A stretch of DNA of 64,000 nt from the human T2T-CHM13v2.0 reference genome, Homo sapiens: assembly GCF_009914755.1 (NCBI RefSeq), contig NC_060947.1; one strand, written 5' to 3'. A program made the position numbers and the translations under genes. How positions within the stretch are numbered: position 1 is the stretch's first letter; each line of letters opens with the position of its first letter. Positions 25,692 through 40,300 of this stretch are shown piece after piece. The notes beneath the pieces are model-generated. The model was not told the origin of the DNA, made no database searches, and was given only the letters and a program-made list of their open reading frames with translations.

Positions 25692-28600
25692 GTTTTTTAT
25701 TGATATATATTTGTACATATCTGTGGAACACTTGGGATAATTAGATACATGCATACAATGTGTAAAAATTAAATCAGTATACTTAGGATATATATTACAA
25801 TCAAACACTTATTATTTCTTTATGCTGGGAACATTTCAAACCTTCTATACTAGCTGTTTTAAAGTATAATAGAATATTGTTAACTTTACTGTGCTATTAA
25901 ACACTAGAACTTATTCCTTCAGAGTGTGTTTGTACCCATTAAAAAAATACTCTTTGTCTCCCCTGATGCCTTTTCTAACCTCTAGTAACCATCATTGTAC
26001 TCTCTATCTCCATGGGGTCAATTTGTTTAGCTCTCACATATGAGTGAGAATATGCAATGTTTGTCTTCCATGCCTTATTTCAATTAACGTAATGAACTTT
26101 CATTACATTTTTGTTGCTAATTTCATTTATTTTGATTGAAGAATAGTATTTTATTGTTTATATATACCATATTTTTATGTATACATTGCTTAAGGGACAC
26201 TTAGATTGACTCCATATCTTGGCTATTGTGAATAGTATTGCAATAAACATAGGGGTGCAGGTATATCTTTAAACTACTGATTTGCCTTTCATTCGATAAA
26301 TAAACAGTAAAGGGGTTACTAGATCTAATGGCAATTCTATTTTTAGTTTTGTTTTTTTTTTTGGAAAATATCATACTGTTTTCCATAATGGCTGTACTAG
26401 TTTGCATTCTCATCAACAATGTAGAAGAGTCCCTTTTTCTACTTATCATTGTCAGCATGTGTTATCTTTTGATTTTTAACAGTAACCATTCTAACTGGAG
26501 TGAGATAATACTTCACTGTGATATTGATTGGCTTTTCCCTGAAGATTAGCAATATTTAACATTGTTTCATAAACCTGTTGGTTGATTGTGTGTCTTCTTT
26601 TGAAAAATATCTATTCAGATCATTTGCCCATTTTTAATGGGGTTATTTATTCTCGACTATTAAGTTGTTTGAGTTCCTGTGTATTCAATTTATTCACTTG
26701 TTGGATGAATTATCCTGGAATCCTTGGGATAAATCCCACTTCATTATGATGTATTATGTTTTTGGTGTTGCATTAGTCTGTTCTTGCATTGCTATAAAGA
26801 ACTACCAGATACCTGGTAATTTATAAGAAAAAGAGGTTTAATTGACTTACATTTACCAAGGCTGTACAGGAAACATGGCTGGGGAGGCCTTAGGAAACTT
26901 ACAATCATGAAGGAAAGCAAATAGGGAAGCTGGCATATCTTACATGGTTGGAGCAGGAGGAAGGGACGAAGGTGCCACACACTTTTAAACAACCAGATAT
27001 CAAGAAAACTCACTCACTATCACAAGAACAGAAAGTGGGGAGTCCACCTCTATGATTCAGTCACCTCCCACCAGGCTACTCCTTCAACATTGGGGATTAT
27101 AACTTAAGATTTGAGCAAGGACAAAAATTCAAACCATATCATTCCACCCCTGGCCCCTCCCAAATCTCATGTCATTTTCACATTGCAAAATACAATCAAC
27201 CCATCTTAACAGTCTCCCAAGTCTCAACTAATTTCAGCATTAACTCAAAATTACACAATCCAAAATCTCATCTGAGACAAGGCAAGTCCCCTCTGCCTAT
27301 TAGCCTGTAATGTGAAGATACAATGAGGGCACAGGCCAAATATTCCCATTCCAAAAGGAAGAAATTGGCCAAAAGAAATGGACTACAGCCCCTGTGCAAG
27401 TTTGAAACCCAGCAGAGCAGGCATTCAGTATTAAAGCTCCAAAATCATCTTCTTTGACTCCATGTCTCACATCCAGGCCACATCGATGCAAGTGTGGGCT
27501 CCCAAGGCCTTGTATATCTCCACATCTGTGGCTCTGCAGGGTAGAGCCTCCATGGCTGCTTTCATGGGCTGGTGTTGAGTGCCTGTGACTTTTCTAGGCA
27601 CATGGTGCAAGTGGTCAGTTCACACCATTCTGGGATTTGGAGGATGGTGGTCCTCTTCTCTCAAATCTACTAGGCAGTGCCCAAGTGGGGACTCTGTGTA
27701 GGGGCTCCAAACTCACATTTCCCCTCTGCATTGCCCCAGTAGGGGTTCTCCATGAGGGCTTCACCCCTGCAGCAGACTTCTGCCTGGACATGTAGGCATC
27801 CTCTGACATCTAGATAAAGGCTCCCAAGCCTCAACTCTTGCTTTCTGCATACCCTCAGGCTTAAAATCACATGGAAGTAACCAAGGCTTAAAACTTGCAC
27901 CCTCTGGAACAGTGGCCTACCATGTATCTGGGATGCTTTTAGTCATGGCTGGACCTAGAGTGACCGTGATGCAGTATGCCATGTCCCAAGGCTGCACTGA
28001 GAAATGGGGCCTTGAGACTGGCCCATGGGATCATTCTTCCTTCCTAGACCTTCAGGCCTGTGATGGGAGGGGCTGCCACAAAGATCTGAAATGCCTTTGA
28101 GACATTTTCCATATTGTCTTAGCTATTAACATTCCATTCCTCTTTACTTATGCAAATTTCTGCACCCAGCTTGAATTCCTTCTCAGAAAATGGATTTTTT
28201 CTTTTCTACCACATGATTGGGGTGCAAATTATCTAAACTTTCATGCTCTTTTTTCCTTTTAAATATAAGTTTCAGTTTTATGTAATCTCATTCCTCACAC
28301 ATATGACCATATGATGTTACAAGCAACTGGCCAGCTCTTGAATGCTTTACTGCTTGGATGTTTTTTCTGCCAGATACCCTAAATCATCACTCTCAAGTTC
28401 AAAGTTCCACAGATCCCTAGAGCTGGGGCACAATGCTCCCAGTATTTTTGCTATAGCATAGCAAGAGTGACCTTTACTCCAGTTCCCAATAAGTTTCTCA
28501 TCTCAATCTGAGACCTCCTCAGCCTGGACTTCATTGTCCATATCACTGTCAACATTTTGGTCACAACAATTTAACAAGTGTCTAGGAAGTTCCAAGCTTT

Positions 28601-31600
28601 CCCTCATCTTCATGTCTTCTTCTGTGCCCTCCACACTCTTCCAACCTCTGCCCATTACTGAGTTTCAAAGTTGCTTCTAAATGTTTAGATATCTTTATAG
28701 CAATACCCTACTCTTAGATACTAATTTTCCATATTAGTTTATTCTCACATTGCTATAAACAACTAACTGAGATTGGGTAATTTATAAAGAAAGAGATTTA
28801 ATTGATGCACAATTCTGCACACTGTATAGAAAACATAACAGGGGAGGCCTCAGAAAACTTACAACCGTAGTGGATAGCAAAGGGGGAGCTGGCATGTCTT
28901 ACGTGGCCGGAGCAGGTGGAAGAGAGAGAGGGGAGGTTCCACACACTTTTAAACAACCAGATCTTGTAAGAACTCACTCACTATCACTAGAACAGCAAAA
29001 GGGAAGTCTGCCTACATGATCCAATCACCTTTCACCAGACCCCTCTGCTAACATTGGGAATTACAATTTGACATGATATTTCGTTGGGGACACACAGTCA
29101 AACCATATCATGTATGTTTTTGGATCTGATTTCCTAGTATTTCTTTGAGAATTTTTGCTTCTATGTTCATTAGGGATATTAGTCTGTTTTTTTGTTGTTG
29201 TTTTCTTGTCTTGTTTTGGTATCAGGACAATGCTGGCCTTTAGAATGTGTTAAGAATAACTCCTTATTTAATTTTTTGAAGTAGTTTGAGAATAATTTGT
29301 GCTAATTTTACTGTATAAATTTTGTAAAATTCAGCAGTGAAGCCTTTTATTCCTGAGTTAGATTATTGGTAGACTTTTTATTACTGGTTGAATATCATTA
29401 CCTGTTATTGGTCTGTTCGGGTTTTCTATTTCTTCCTGTTTGTGTCCAGAAATGTATCCATTTTCAGTAGGTTTTAAAATTTTTTAGTATATAGTTTTTC
29501 ATAATTATTTATGATTATCCTACGTATTTCTGTGGCATTGTTTGTACTTTTGTTTTTGTTGTTGTTGTTCCTCTTTATATTTATGTCTTTTTTTTGGTTA
29601 TCTAGCTTGTGACTTATAAATTGTGCTACTCGTTTTAAAAAACTAATTTTTTATTTCACTGATCTTTTGGATCTTTTGTATTGTTTCTATTCTTTTTTTA
29701 ATTTTATTTTAGCATTTGTTTGGCTCGTGCTTTTCTATTTCCTTGAAGTGCATTATTAGCTTCCTGAAATTTGTCTACATATTTAGACCTAGGCATTTAT
29801 TGCTATAAACCTCCCCACAAGGTTGTTTTTTCTATGTCTCAAAAATTTTTGCGTGTTGCATTTTTATTTTTATTTGTTTCAATATTGTTTTTTAAAACGT
29901 TTCTTCTTAATTTCTCAATGGCTTCTTGTTCAGAAGAATGTTGCTTAATTTCCATGTATTTCTATGCAACATTCCTCTTGTTCATAATTTCTACTTTTAT
30001 TCCAGTGTGTTCTGAGAAGATACTTAATATGGTGTTAATTTTTTAAAAAGTTATTGATATTTTTGTAGCCTGGAATATAGTGTAACCTGAAGAATGTCCC
30101 AAATGCAGATGCATAGAATGTATGTTATTTCCACTTATTTTAAAGTGCGATTAAGCCTAATGTTTCTTTATTGATTTTCTGTCTAAATGACATGTTCAGT
30201 GCTGAGAGTGGGGTGGGGTGTGTGGTGAAGTAGCCAACTATTATTGTAATAGAGTCTATGTCCCTCTTTAGTTATAATAATATTTGTGGTGTATATCTGG
30301 GTGCTCTGGTGTAGGGTGCAGACGTATTCAGGATTGTTATCTCCTATTGCTGAGTTTATCCCTTTATCATGATCTTATTACCTTCTTTGTCTCTTTTTTT
30401 ACAGTTTTTACTCCAAGTCTATTTTGTCTAAGTATAACTATTTCTGCTTACTTTTGATTTCCACTTCTATGAAATGCTTTTCTCCATCCCTTGACTTTTA
30501 GTCTGTATGTGTTTTTACAGGTGAAGTGAGTTTGTTGTAAGCATTATATCATCGAGGCCTTTTTTTACAACCATTCATCCAGTCTATATCATTTAAGCGG
30601 TGAGTTTAATCTGTTTAAGTTCAAGTTTATTACTGATAGGTGAAAACTTATTCTGAACATTTTGTTGCTGCTTTCTAGTTCTTTTTTATATCATTTGTTA
30701 GTTTTTTCTCTCTTGTTGTTTATCATTGTGGTTTGATGATTTTCTGTACTGGTAAATTTTGATTTCTTTTCATTTGTGTGTTTGCTCTTTAAGTTTTAAA
30801 CTTTTATACATTTACATGATTGTAGCTATCATCCTCTCACTTTTAAATATAAGATTCCTTTAAGCATTTCTTGTAGGGCCAGGCTAGTGATTATAACGTT
30901 CCTCAACTTTTCTTGTCTGGGAAATATTTTATTTATCCTTCATTTTTGAAGGATGCCTTTAATGGGTAAGTATTCTTGCCTAGCAGTTTTTTTCTCTCAC
31001 AGTATTTTGAATATATCATCCTGTTCTTTTGTCTGTAAGGTTTCTACTGCAAGGTTTACTGCTAGTCTATAGAATTTTCTTTACATATAACTTGATGCTT
31101 TTATTTTGCTGCTTTTATATTTCTCTCTTTATTTTGACTTTTGACAGTTTGACTGTTATTATGTGCACTGGATAAGATTTTGGGGAGGTTGAAACAATTT
31201 GGGGATCTTTTAATGTTTTGTATTTGGATGGCTATATGCCTTGCATGACTTGGGAAATTTTCATCTATTATTATGCTAAATAGATTTTCTATGCCTTTGC
31301 CCATTTATTTTCTTGTGTTATTTCAAAAGACCTGCCTTAGTGTTTAGAAATATTCTTTTTCTGCTTGAATCTCTTGTTCTATCTTTTAATTTTATTCACT
31401 GAATTATTTAGTTCTAGGATTTCTGATTTATACTTTTTTACACTTATATATCTTTGTTAAATTTCTTATTCAGACTATAAACGGTTTTCCTGATTTTTTG
31501 TATTGTTCATCTGTTTTTCTATATATTTTACCGAGCTCCTTTAATAGTATTGTTTTGAATTATTTTCAGGCATTTTATAGATTGTCTTTCCAGTGAAATC

Positions 31601-33605
31601 TCTTGCTGGAGAATTATTATGTTTCTTTGGAGATGTTATGTTTCCTTGCGTTCTCATATGTCTTGTGTCATTAAATTGATATCTGCACATCTGGTATAAT
31701 ATTTGCTTCTTCCAAGTTTATGGATTGCCTTTTATAGGGAAATATTTTTTGTATAGATGTAGTATAGTGTTGGTTGGGTAGAGTGCTGTGGCTTTGATGC
31801 ACGGGGTGCAGTAGTTTAGTCTCTGTATGATTTGTTTTATTGTGATAAATGTCAGTAGCGTTCAGAAGTTCCTCAGTGGCTGAGGCTGCAATTGTTAGTG
31901 GGGGCTGTGGTGAGGCTTTTCTGGGAATGGGGATGGCCAGGTTGGCCTGTCCTCAGGAACCAGTGATGGTCGTGGTGGCTTATTATATCAATCATTGGGC
32001 CCCTGGAAAGTGTACAGAATCACTGATGGTACAGGTCTAAGTGGGTGAATATTTGGACTTCCAGAAAACTTTCTTGAGAGCCAGCCATGGGCTGGGAAGA
32101 TGGGCAAGTTAGTTCTTGGGCCACGGAGTGGCGTACATAGCACAGGTGATTGCAGTAGCAATAGCTAACGAACCCTCATGCCCCCAAGCATCATGCATAG
32201 GTGCCAGCGGTGGTATTGGCTGCCTGGGCAGGCCAGCCCCAGGGCCTAGACCCCAGGTGACATATGCAGGTGGTGGCGACAGTGAGGTGAACACACCTTT
32301 AGGCCCCTAAAATGGGTGCATGGAAGCCACCAGTGGTGGGCTGGGCATGTCAGTCACCAGATTCCTGGACAATATACATGAGTGCCAGCAGTTGTGGATA
32401 GGATGGACCTCTTTTCATACTCACCAGTAGTGTGTGTGTGTGAGTGACAGTGGCCAGGATGAGTTAATTCCGTAGTCCCTGGATATTATTCTGGGATACC
32501 ACTGGCTATCGTGGTGGGTGGGATCTAAGCCTTTCCTCAGGATCCCTGATGGCAACCATGGGCTCCTATAGTGGAAGAAAGGATAGACCAATCCCCAGGC
32601 CACTGAGTGGTGCTCACAGGTGCTACCGGTGGAAGCTGCCAGCAAGGTGGGCCTGTTCTCTGCCCCATCCAATTGTGCATGTGGGCACCGGCTGCAGTTG
32701 TGTAAGGCAGGTCAATCATTAACCCTTCAGAAAGCATGTTTAAGCACTGGCAAGAGTGGCCATTGGTGGGTAGGCTTGTATTCAGGCCACAGGATAGCAC
32801 CTAGGTGGTTTGCTCCCCAGGCTCCCTGAAGATGTGTGCAGGTGTGCAGTGGCCTTCCTGTTGGAAAAGATAGCGCTGTTAGTTATCAGTGACAGCATCC
32901 CTGTCAGGTGGCTCTAAGACTCTGGGGAGTTCATGCTTTGACTCCCTTTGCTTTGAGGGCAGCTTTCCAGTGTGTCACACCATCCATTCCTTGTGAAGTA
33001 GAACACTGCATGGGCTAGAATTCTGGTGATCTGGCCATACTGCTGCATTCAACCAATGTTGAAACTTTGCAGCTTTCCAGGTGCCATGAGGGGATGTAAA
33101 TGGGGTTTTAGCATTGTGAAGAGGCAACAGCTTTTGGGCCCCAGGGCAGCATCTATTCTTAGTAGGGGCTGGGCTCTCAAAATGGCACCATCTTGTGGGG
33201 TATGTGACAGCCAGTGCAAACTCCCTCTCAGAAACAATGCCAAAAGATTCCAGGCAGCTCCCTATAGTAGTCTCAGAGCCCATTAGTTTCAGGGGTTTCT
33301 TTCACAGCTAGAATTACAGTAGTCAGCTGTGGGGATGTGGGAATGTGGAAATGTCAATAGCTGGGGAGCTCTCACTTTCCTTTTATCTGAAATAAGCAGT
33401 TTCTCCTGGCTTTAAGCAAATTCTGGCTGGGATGGCTGCTTCATTTTCCTCTCTTTACATGCCTCAGAGGCTCCCTCTCACTTCCCTGCTGACTTTCAGT
33501 GTTGTCTGTTAGGTTTTCTATTTGATGTTTGATTATCTATTTGCTGTGTTGGTCTTTCTTCATGGAGGAGGTGAGTGCCAGTCACCTCTAGTAAGCCATA
33601 TTTAG
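25692..33605 (-). mobile_element. L1MA element from 3' end to 5'UTR, with large internal deletions, interrupted by MSTA
   Basis: T-rich tail at 25692, antisense L1MA 3'UTR, ORF2 relics 29111-30500, ORF1 peptide GIENLFSIIIDENFPSHARH, GC-richer 5'UTR 31750-33605. Confidence 0.88.
26769..29110 (-). mobile_element. Complete MSTA MaLR element (LTR 26769-27141, internal 27142-28729, LTR 28730-29110)
   Basis: Two direct-repeat LTRs ending aaaccatatca; MaLR internal ORF relic QKSAAGVKPSWRTPTGAMQRGNVSLEP. TSD imperfect (ggtgt/tgtat). Confidence 0.92.
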
Positions 33606-33974
33606 AACAAGATCTTAAATTAAGGATTTTTTAAACCATAAACAAATACAATTAAATTAAAATTTGTTCTAAAATAGTGTTTACTTTGTCTTTATCTCAT
33701 CCTCCTACACATTTTACCTTATTCTAGGAGAGGACATGTAAACCATTTATACATAAATAAACATAAATATATAGCTGTCCTTTAAATTATAGCAAGAAAT
33801 GTTTTTGAGGAAAGTTATATAATCCCAGAAGAGCTTGACATATTCTCTTTTAGAAAAACAATAACTGTTGAAAACAATTTTAAATATTTCTCAATCATTT
33901 GTTGTCTCTAGAAATTACCCTAAAAGCATACGACAAAGGGAGAAATCAGTACTCTGTGTGGGTGGGATTTATTC

Positions 33975-34812
33975 TGGGCTAAGCAGAGAAGGGCTGGGCC
34001 TGAGACAAGGCCCCTTTAGGATCTGTGGTAGAATGGTGACTGCAAGCCTGTCCTGGGGGTTCAGATGGAAAGTATCCTAGAAGATCTCTGTGCCTTCAAG
34101 ATAGCTCCCAGAAACAGGAAGAAGGGCTGCAGCCAAGGTAGGACCCCTACAAGATACACTGCAAATCATGGAAGTCAGCAAGTGTGTTTCAGTGACTCTG
34201 ATGGGCGAGTCTCTCAACAGTTTTCTGCAAAGTCAGAATAACTCCCTAGCTATAGCAGAGAGGGGCTGGAACTAAGATTGGTCTCCTTCAGGATCTGCTG
34301 AGGGAGGGAGGCCAGTATGCCTGTCCCAGTGGCACAAATGGGCAAGTGTCCCTCTGGGTCCTCGTGTGAGCAGTACTAAGCCAGAACCACAGCTGTGGCA
34401 GGGTGGAGCCAAGTTAAGAGTCACTTCTGGGTGCACTGCCAAGACCCACTTGCATAGTCAGGCGAACCTGTCTGCCGAGGCTCTATTGTTTCTGATTCTT
34501 TCTGGACTCTTTGGCAGATATATTTGTAGCAGGCTCAAGGCTAAACAAGATTGTATCCAAGACCTTAAGTGCATGAAGATGTTTCCTGGTCTAAACCTGG
34601 GAGCATAATAAGCAAACCTGCCAAATGGGTGTAGGTGTGCACTCTCAAAACAACCCTCTTAGATGTTGGACTACATCAGGGTTTTACAACCTCCTACCTG
34701 AATCTCAAGACTCTGACAAAGAGACTTTTGTCCATGGATAGGTGCAGAATTTTTGTTGTAGTGGGTATACAAGCAGGTGAAGTTCTATTCCATCATCTTA
34801 CTGATGTCCTCC
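33975..34812 (-). mobile_element. Isolated L1M 5'UTR (L1M4-type) with degenerate monomer repeats
   Basis: Ends ctattccatcatcttactgatgtc, typical antisense L1M 5' terminus; recurring unit of about 135-140 bp. Confidence 0.65.
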
Positions 34813-34899
34813 ACATATCTTTCAAACCCAAGGAGAAACTACCATTGATATTCATATTTTTGGGAAAGTAAACTTATAGGTTGGTTGGCTCTGTTTTTG

Positions 34900-35010
34900 A
34901 CTTTGATCAATTTCTTTAGCATCTCTGACGTTTAGTTTCCTCATCTGAAAATTTGTTCTACATTGGACTCAATCTGTCATATTCCTTTCAGCTCTCACAT
35001 TTCATGCATC
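34900..35010. mobile_element. MIR fragment
   Basis: atctctgacgtttagtttcctcatctgaaaat and cctttcagctctcacatt. Confidence 0.6.
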
Positions 35011-37074
35011 TGATTCTCTATTGTCACCTGAAGTTTTATTCTATGGACCATAACAAACAAAGCTTGTCCAAGAATTCTCTTTATATGGTTCTCCAGGGTT
35101 ACAACTGGTATGAACAACAGAGAAGGCAGGAAAAAGTATAGCAAACTCAACACCAACTACACTGCCAGCACCCATTTTCCCATGTTTCATCATTAAAAAA
35201 ATAAAAGATGCTGCAGGAAAAAGTGGCTTTTTAAAAAATGTTGAGGACACCTGCTTGGAAGTTTAGTTTATTCTCCATGTAGGATATTCTTAGGACATGG
35301 TTTAAAAGTGAATATATTCCAACTTTCTCTATTATATCTTACATGTCTTCCTACTTACACATTCTGTACTTCTTTGTTTAGTTTTGGGTTCTTCATCTTC
35401 TGTACTATTTAAATACCTTGCTTAATATTTACATGACTAAGATTTCATGTTCATTTTTTCTTTGTGTAGAGCAATAGTAAAACCATGAAATCTTTTCACT
35501 CAGGTTTGCTGATACAAAATGTTATTTTATCCACTGAAGGAAAGGTTACTTTTCCATTTATATGAAAATATTCTGAAGGAAGAAGGGTTACATTGACCTT
35601 TATAAAAAGCCAAATTTACGATTATAGATGTCCTATTTTCTCTTAAAATGCACTTACTGATGAATTATGACATAATTCCTTACTCAATAGCTACTTTTCT
35701 TGCTTTAAAATTTTTTAAAGCAACAAATATCAATCAGTTTTATTCATAGAAAACCTACAATGTGCTCCAAACTGAAGGAATTAAAAATTTCAGGTATATT
35801 ATGAAAGATGAGAAGTTTCAAAATTAAGATGTGAAAATATATTTTGACAAAGTTAATTCTGCCAATGAAGAATTTAAAAGTTCAAATCATATGGTAGTAT
35901 TTTTCTTTTTCTACAAAAATTGTGTTGTCCCAATTATCTCACAGATTCTCAGATAAATTATTAGAAAGGGAAAAAGACGTTACATGAGGAAAGGCAGTTT
36001 ATGCTATTGGTAAAACAAAATAGCTCCATTTTATTTATGACCAGCCCCACTTGATGTTTTCAATTCATTTTTCTTATTGCTTCTTTGCAAAACATTAAAA
36101 AAATTATCTTTTATATCTTTTTGGCACAGAAATAATCTCAGTGTTCTACATATTATAAAGTGCTCCTTATGCAGGTCTGTATTCATATTTTATATAAATT
36201 GTCATGATCTTACTTTGCAAGTTCAAATGTACAATATTCTGTAATAGCTCACAATGTGACTCCAGCACTATAGTAAACAGAATACAAAATGTTAAATATA
36301 ATAAGTTTTATAACTTGTTTTATAGTGCCTCTCTTTCACACACATGCTCTCATGCTCTCTCTCTCTGAAGTATATTTTAAGTGTCTAAACCAGACCAATT
36401 ATAGTTAGAAGCTACTTTATCTAATGGGAAAATAACTAAAGCAGCTCTCAAAATCTCAAAAGTTTACAATGTGCATTCAAGCAGCAAGTAAATTTGATTA
36501 TTCTCAAGCAAACTTTCAGAAGTGTTCCAGCACATTTAAAGCAGCAAATAGATTGATGTCTCTTCATACTGACCAACATACTACTTTAAAAATACATTTA
36601 AAAGAATAGATGAATAATCAAAATTACAGTGGCTATGTCCAAAACAGAAATTCAATCATGGATTGTATAATACAACTGATAAGAAGCTCTTTTCTTTTCT
36701 GTATCTACAAATGCCTTTGAAATGTCTAAATCTTACACCAAGACGATTAACCAATAAATAGGAAAGGGAAACAAGTGTCTGATAAAAGGCAGGAATGATG
36801 TTCAAAATGATAGAGGAAACAAAACGTAGAATCTTATTTTTGTAGAGGACATAGATGTCTTTAGAGAATTCACTTGTCATTTTAATCCTCTTCTAAAGGG
36901 ATACAAATAAATCAAAGCAGAATATTTTTCTTAAGTACGTTACTATCCCCTTTTCATAATCAGTTCTAGGTATTTGGTATGATTTGGTTTTTTTTCTACC
37001 ATCATAATAGCCATCTAAAAGAGTTTGTGGTACCTAAAAAAATTTCAAAACCACTTTGTGTCATTAGAAAATCA

Positions 37075-37312
37075 GAAACCCACTGATTATTGTATGTTAC
37101 ATTTCTACCTTGCAAATTTACTAAATTTTTCTATGAATTCTAACGGTTTTTGATGGAGTTTATAAAGTTTTATCTGTATAAGATTGAGATTGTGTTATTT
37201 GCAAACAGGACAGTTTGACTTCCCTCATTCTGATTTGAGTGCCTTTTTTGTTTCTCTTGCCTAATTGCTCTGGGTGGTACTTCTAGTACTATGTTGAATG
37301 GAAGTACTGAAA
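37075..37312 (-). mobile_element. L1 ORF2 fragment
   Basis: Peptide LPFNIVLEVPPRAIRQEK...LFANN in ORF 37170-37358. Confidence 0.85.
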
Positions 37313-40300
37313 GTACTGTAGCTAATAAATGGGTACAATTATGTATCATTGAAAACAAAATAAAGCTGAAAATAAAATAAAATCAAATCAGAAACTGTTG
37401 TGAGATTATGTTAAATGTTAATATTGGATCTTGCCCACTTATGATTGGGATCATTTGACCTTTTTATGTAGTAAGGAATAGTATTGCCTTTGGCAAGGAA
37501 AGGAGGCCTTTACTTGTAGATACTAGATCAATAAGAATATTATAATTCTACGTGGTGAAAGATTTTCTGGGTGTGAGTAGCAGAGGGAGCAATTAAATTG
37601 AACAATCAAATGGGGGAGTTTGATGGTTGAATGAGTTATTTTATACCAGGACACCCACTTTTGCATAAATGTTATTGTAAACAGTTATTATAGGATTGCA
37701 CTGTAAACATAATTAATTATCTCAAGGTGTTAGCTAAGGGTATTTGCCCCCAACAGATTTTATGCCACTGACTCCATAGAAAATGATTTAGCATAAAGAG
37801 ATCAATAGCAGACATTAGTCATATTTTTATTGTGGGATAAATGGCTGGGTAAACTTAACAATATTTTATTTGGCAAACACAAAAATCTTTATTTAAAAGA
37901 AGAAAAAAATAAGATGCTCATTTTGAATTACCAGACTTAACACAGGGTTTCAGAGGAAGCACATGAATTAGAGATCTGACTCACCAATTAAAAAAAAAAC
38001 CCAATAATCTGTCAGTTAAAACACTTTGGAAATTGATGTGAGTTCAATACCAGCTAGTACAACTTCTAAGAAAGATCATTTAATTTGTAATATGTAAGAT
38101 TCATTTTAAAAATAGTGTTTGAGGGGTGGCTGGCAAGATGGCTGAATAGGAACAGCTCTGGTCTACAGTTCCCAGAGAGATCAATGTAGATGGCAGGTGA
38201 TTTCTGCATTTCCAACTGAGGTACCTGACTCATCTCATTGGGACTGGTTAGACAGTGGGTACAGCCCACTGAGGATGAGCCAAAGCAGGGTGAGCTGTCA
38301 CCTAATGCAGGAAGCACAAGGCGAACTCCTTCCCCAAGCCAGACTGCCTCTCTAGATTCCTCCTCATCCGGCAAGCCATCTCTGAAAGAAAGGCAGCAGC
38401 CTCAGTCAGGGGCTTATAGATAAAACTCCCATCTCCCTGGGACAGAGCACCTGGGGGATAGGGTGGCTGTGAGAGAAGCTTCAGCAGACTTAAACATTCC
38501 TGTAGCCAGCTCTGAAGAGAGCAATGGATCTCCCAGCACAGCGCTCAAGGTCTGCTAAGGGACAGACTGACTCCTTAAGTGGGTCCCTGACCCCCATGCC
38601 TCCTGACTGGGAGACACCTCCCAGCAGGGGTCAACAGTCACTTCATACAAGACAGCTCTGGCTGGCATCTGGTGCATGGCCCTCTGGGACGAAGCTTCCA
38701 GAGGAAGAAACAGGAAGCAATCTTTGCTGTTCTGCAGCTTACACTGGTGATACCCAGGGAAACAGGGACTGGAGTGGGCCTCCAGCAAAATCCAGAAGAC
38801 CTGCAGCAGAGGGCCCTGACTGTTAGAAGGAAAACTAACAAGCAGAAAGGAATAGCAACAACATCAACAAAAAGGACATCCACACCAAAACTCTATCCGA
38901 AGATCACCAGCATCAAAGATCAAAGGTAAATAAATCCACGAACATGAGGAAAAACCAGTGCAAAAAGTCTGCAAATTCCAAAAACCAGAAAGCTTCTTCT
39001 CCTCCCCAAGCATCACAACTCCTCACCCACAAAGGAACAAAACTGGATGGAGAATGAGTTTGACAAATTGACAGAAGTAGGCTTCAGAAGATGCAAAATA
39101 AAAAACTCTTCTGTGCTAAAGGAGCATGTTCTAACCCAATGCAAGGAAGCTAAGAACATTGAAAAAAGGTTAGAGGAATTACTAATGAGAATACTTAGTT
39201 TAGAGAAGAACATAAATGTCCTGATGGAGTTGAAAAACACAGCACGAGAACTTCATGAAGCATACACAAGTATCAATAGCCAAATTGATCAAGCAGAAGA
39301 AAGGATATCAGAGATTGAAGATCAACTTAATAAAATAAAGTGTGAAGACATGATTAGACAAAAAAGAATGAAAAGAAACTAACAAAGTCTCCAAGAAATA
39401 TGGGGTTATGTGAAAAGACCAAATCTACATTTGGTTGGTGTATCTGAAAGTGATGGAACGAGTGGAACCAAGTTGGAAAACACCCTTCAGGATATTATCC
39501 AAGAGAACCTCCTCAACCTAGCAAGACAGGCCAACGTTAAAATTCAGGAAATACAGAGAACTCCACAAAGTTATTCCTTGAGAAGAGCAATCCCAAGACA
39601 CATAATCGTCAGATTCACCAAGGTTGAAATGAAGGAAAAAATGGCAAGAGGAGCAAGAGAGAAAGGTCGGGTTACCCACACAGGGAAGCCCATCAGACTA
39701 ACGGTGGATCTCTCTGCAGAAACCCTACAAACCAGAAGAGAGTGGGGGCCAATATTCAACATTATTAAAGAAAAGAATTTTGAATTCTAATTTTCATATC
39801 TAGCCAAATTAAGCTTCATAAGCAAAGGAGAAATAAAATCCTTTACAGACAAGCAAATGCTGAGAGATTTTGTCACCATCAGGCCTGCCTTAAAAGAGCT
39901 CCTGAAGGAAGCAATAAACATGGAAAGGAACAAGCCGTACTAGCCACTGCAAAAACAGCAATTTGTAAAGACCATCGACACTATGAAGAAACTGCATCAA
40001 CTAATGGGCAAAATAACCAGCTAGCATCATAATGACAGGATCAAATTCACACATAACAATATTAACCTTAAATGTAAATGGACTAAATGCCCCAGGTAAA
40101 AGACACAGACTGGCAAATTGGATAAAGAGTTAAAACCCATCAGTGTGCTGTATTCAGGAGACCCATCTCACCTGCAAAGACACACATAGGCTCAAAATAA
40201 AGGAATGGAGGAATATTTACCAGGCAAATGGAAAGCAAAAAAAAGCAGGGGTTGCAATCCTAGTCTCTGGCAAAACAGACTTTAAACCAACAAAGATCAA

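Noticed and set aside
31750-33600. CpG-island promoter or host exons in a GC-richer stretch
   Set aside because: CpG-depleted and contiguous with antisense L1 ORF1, so it is the L1M 5'UTR.
35041-35250. 69-aa hydrophobic ORF as a membrane micropeptide
   Set aside because: Starts at GTG, no recognisable family or supported gene structure; expected by chance.
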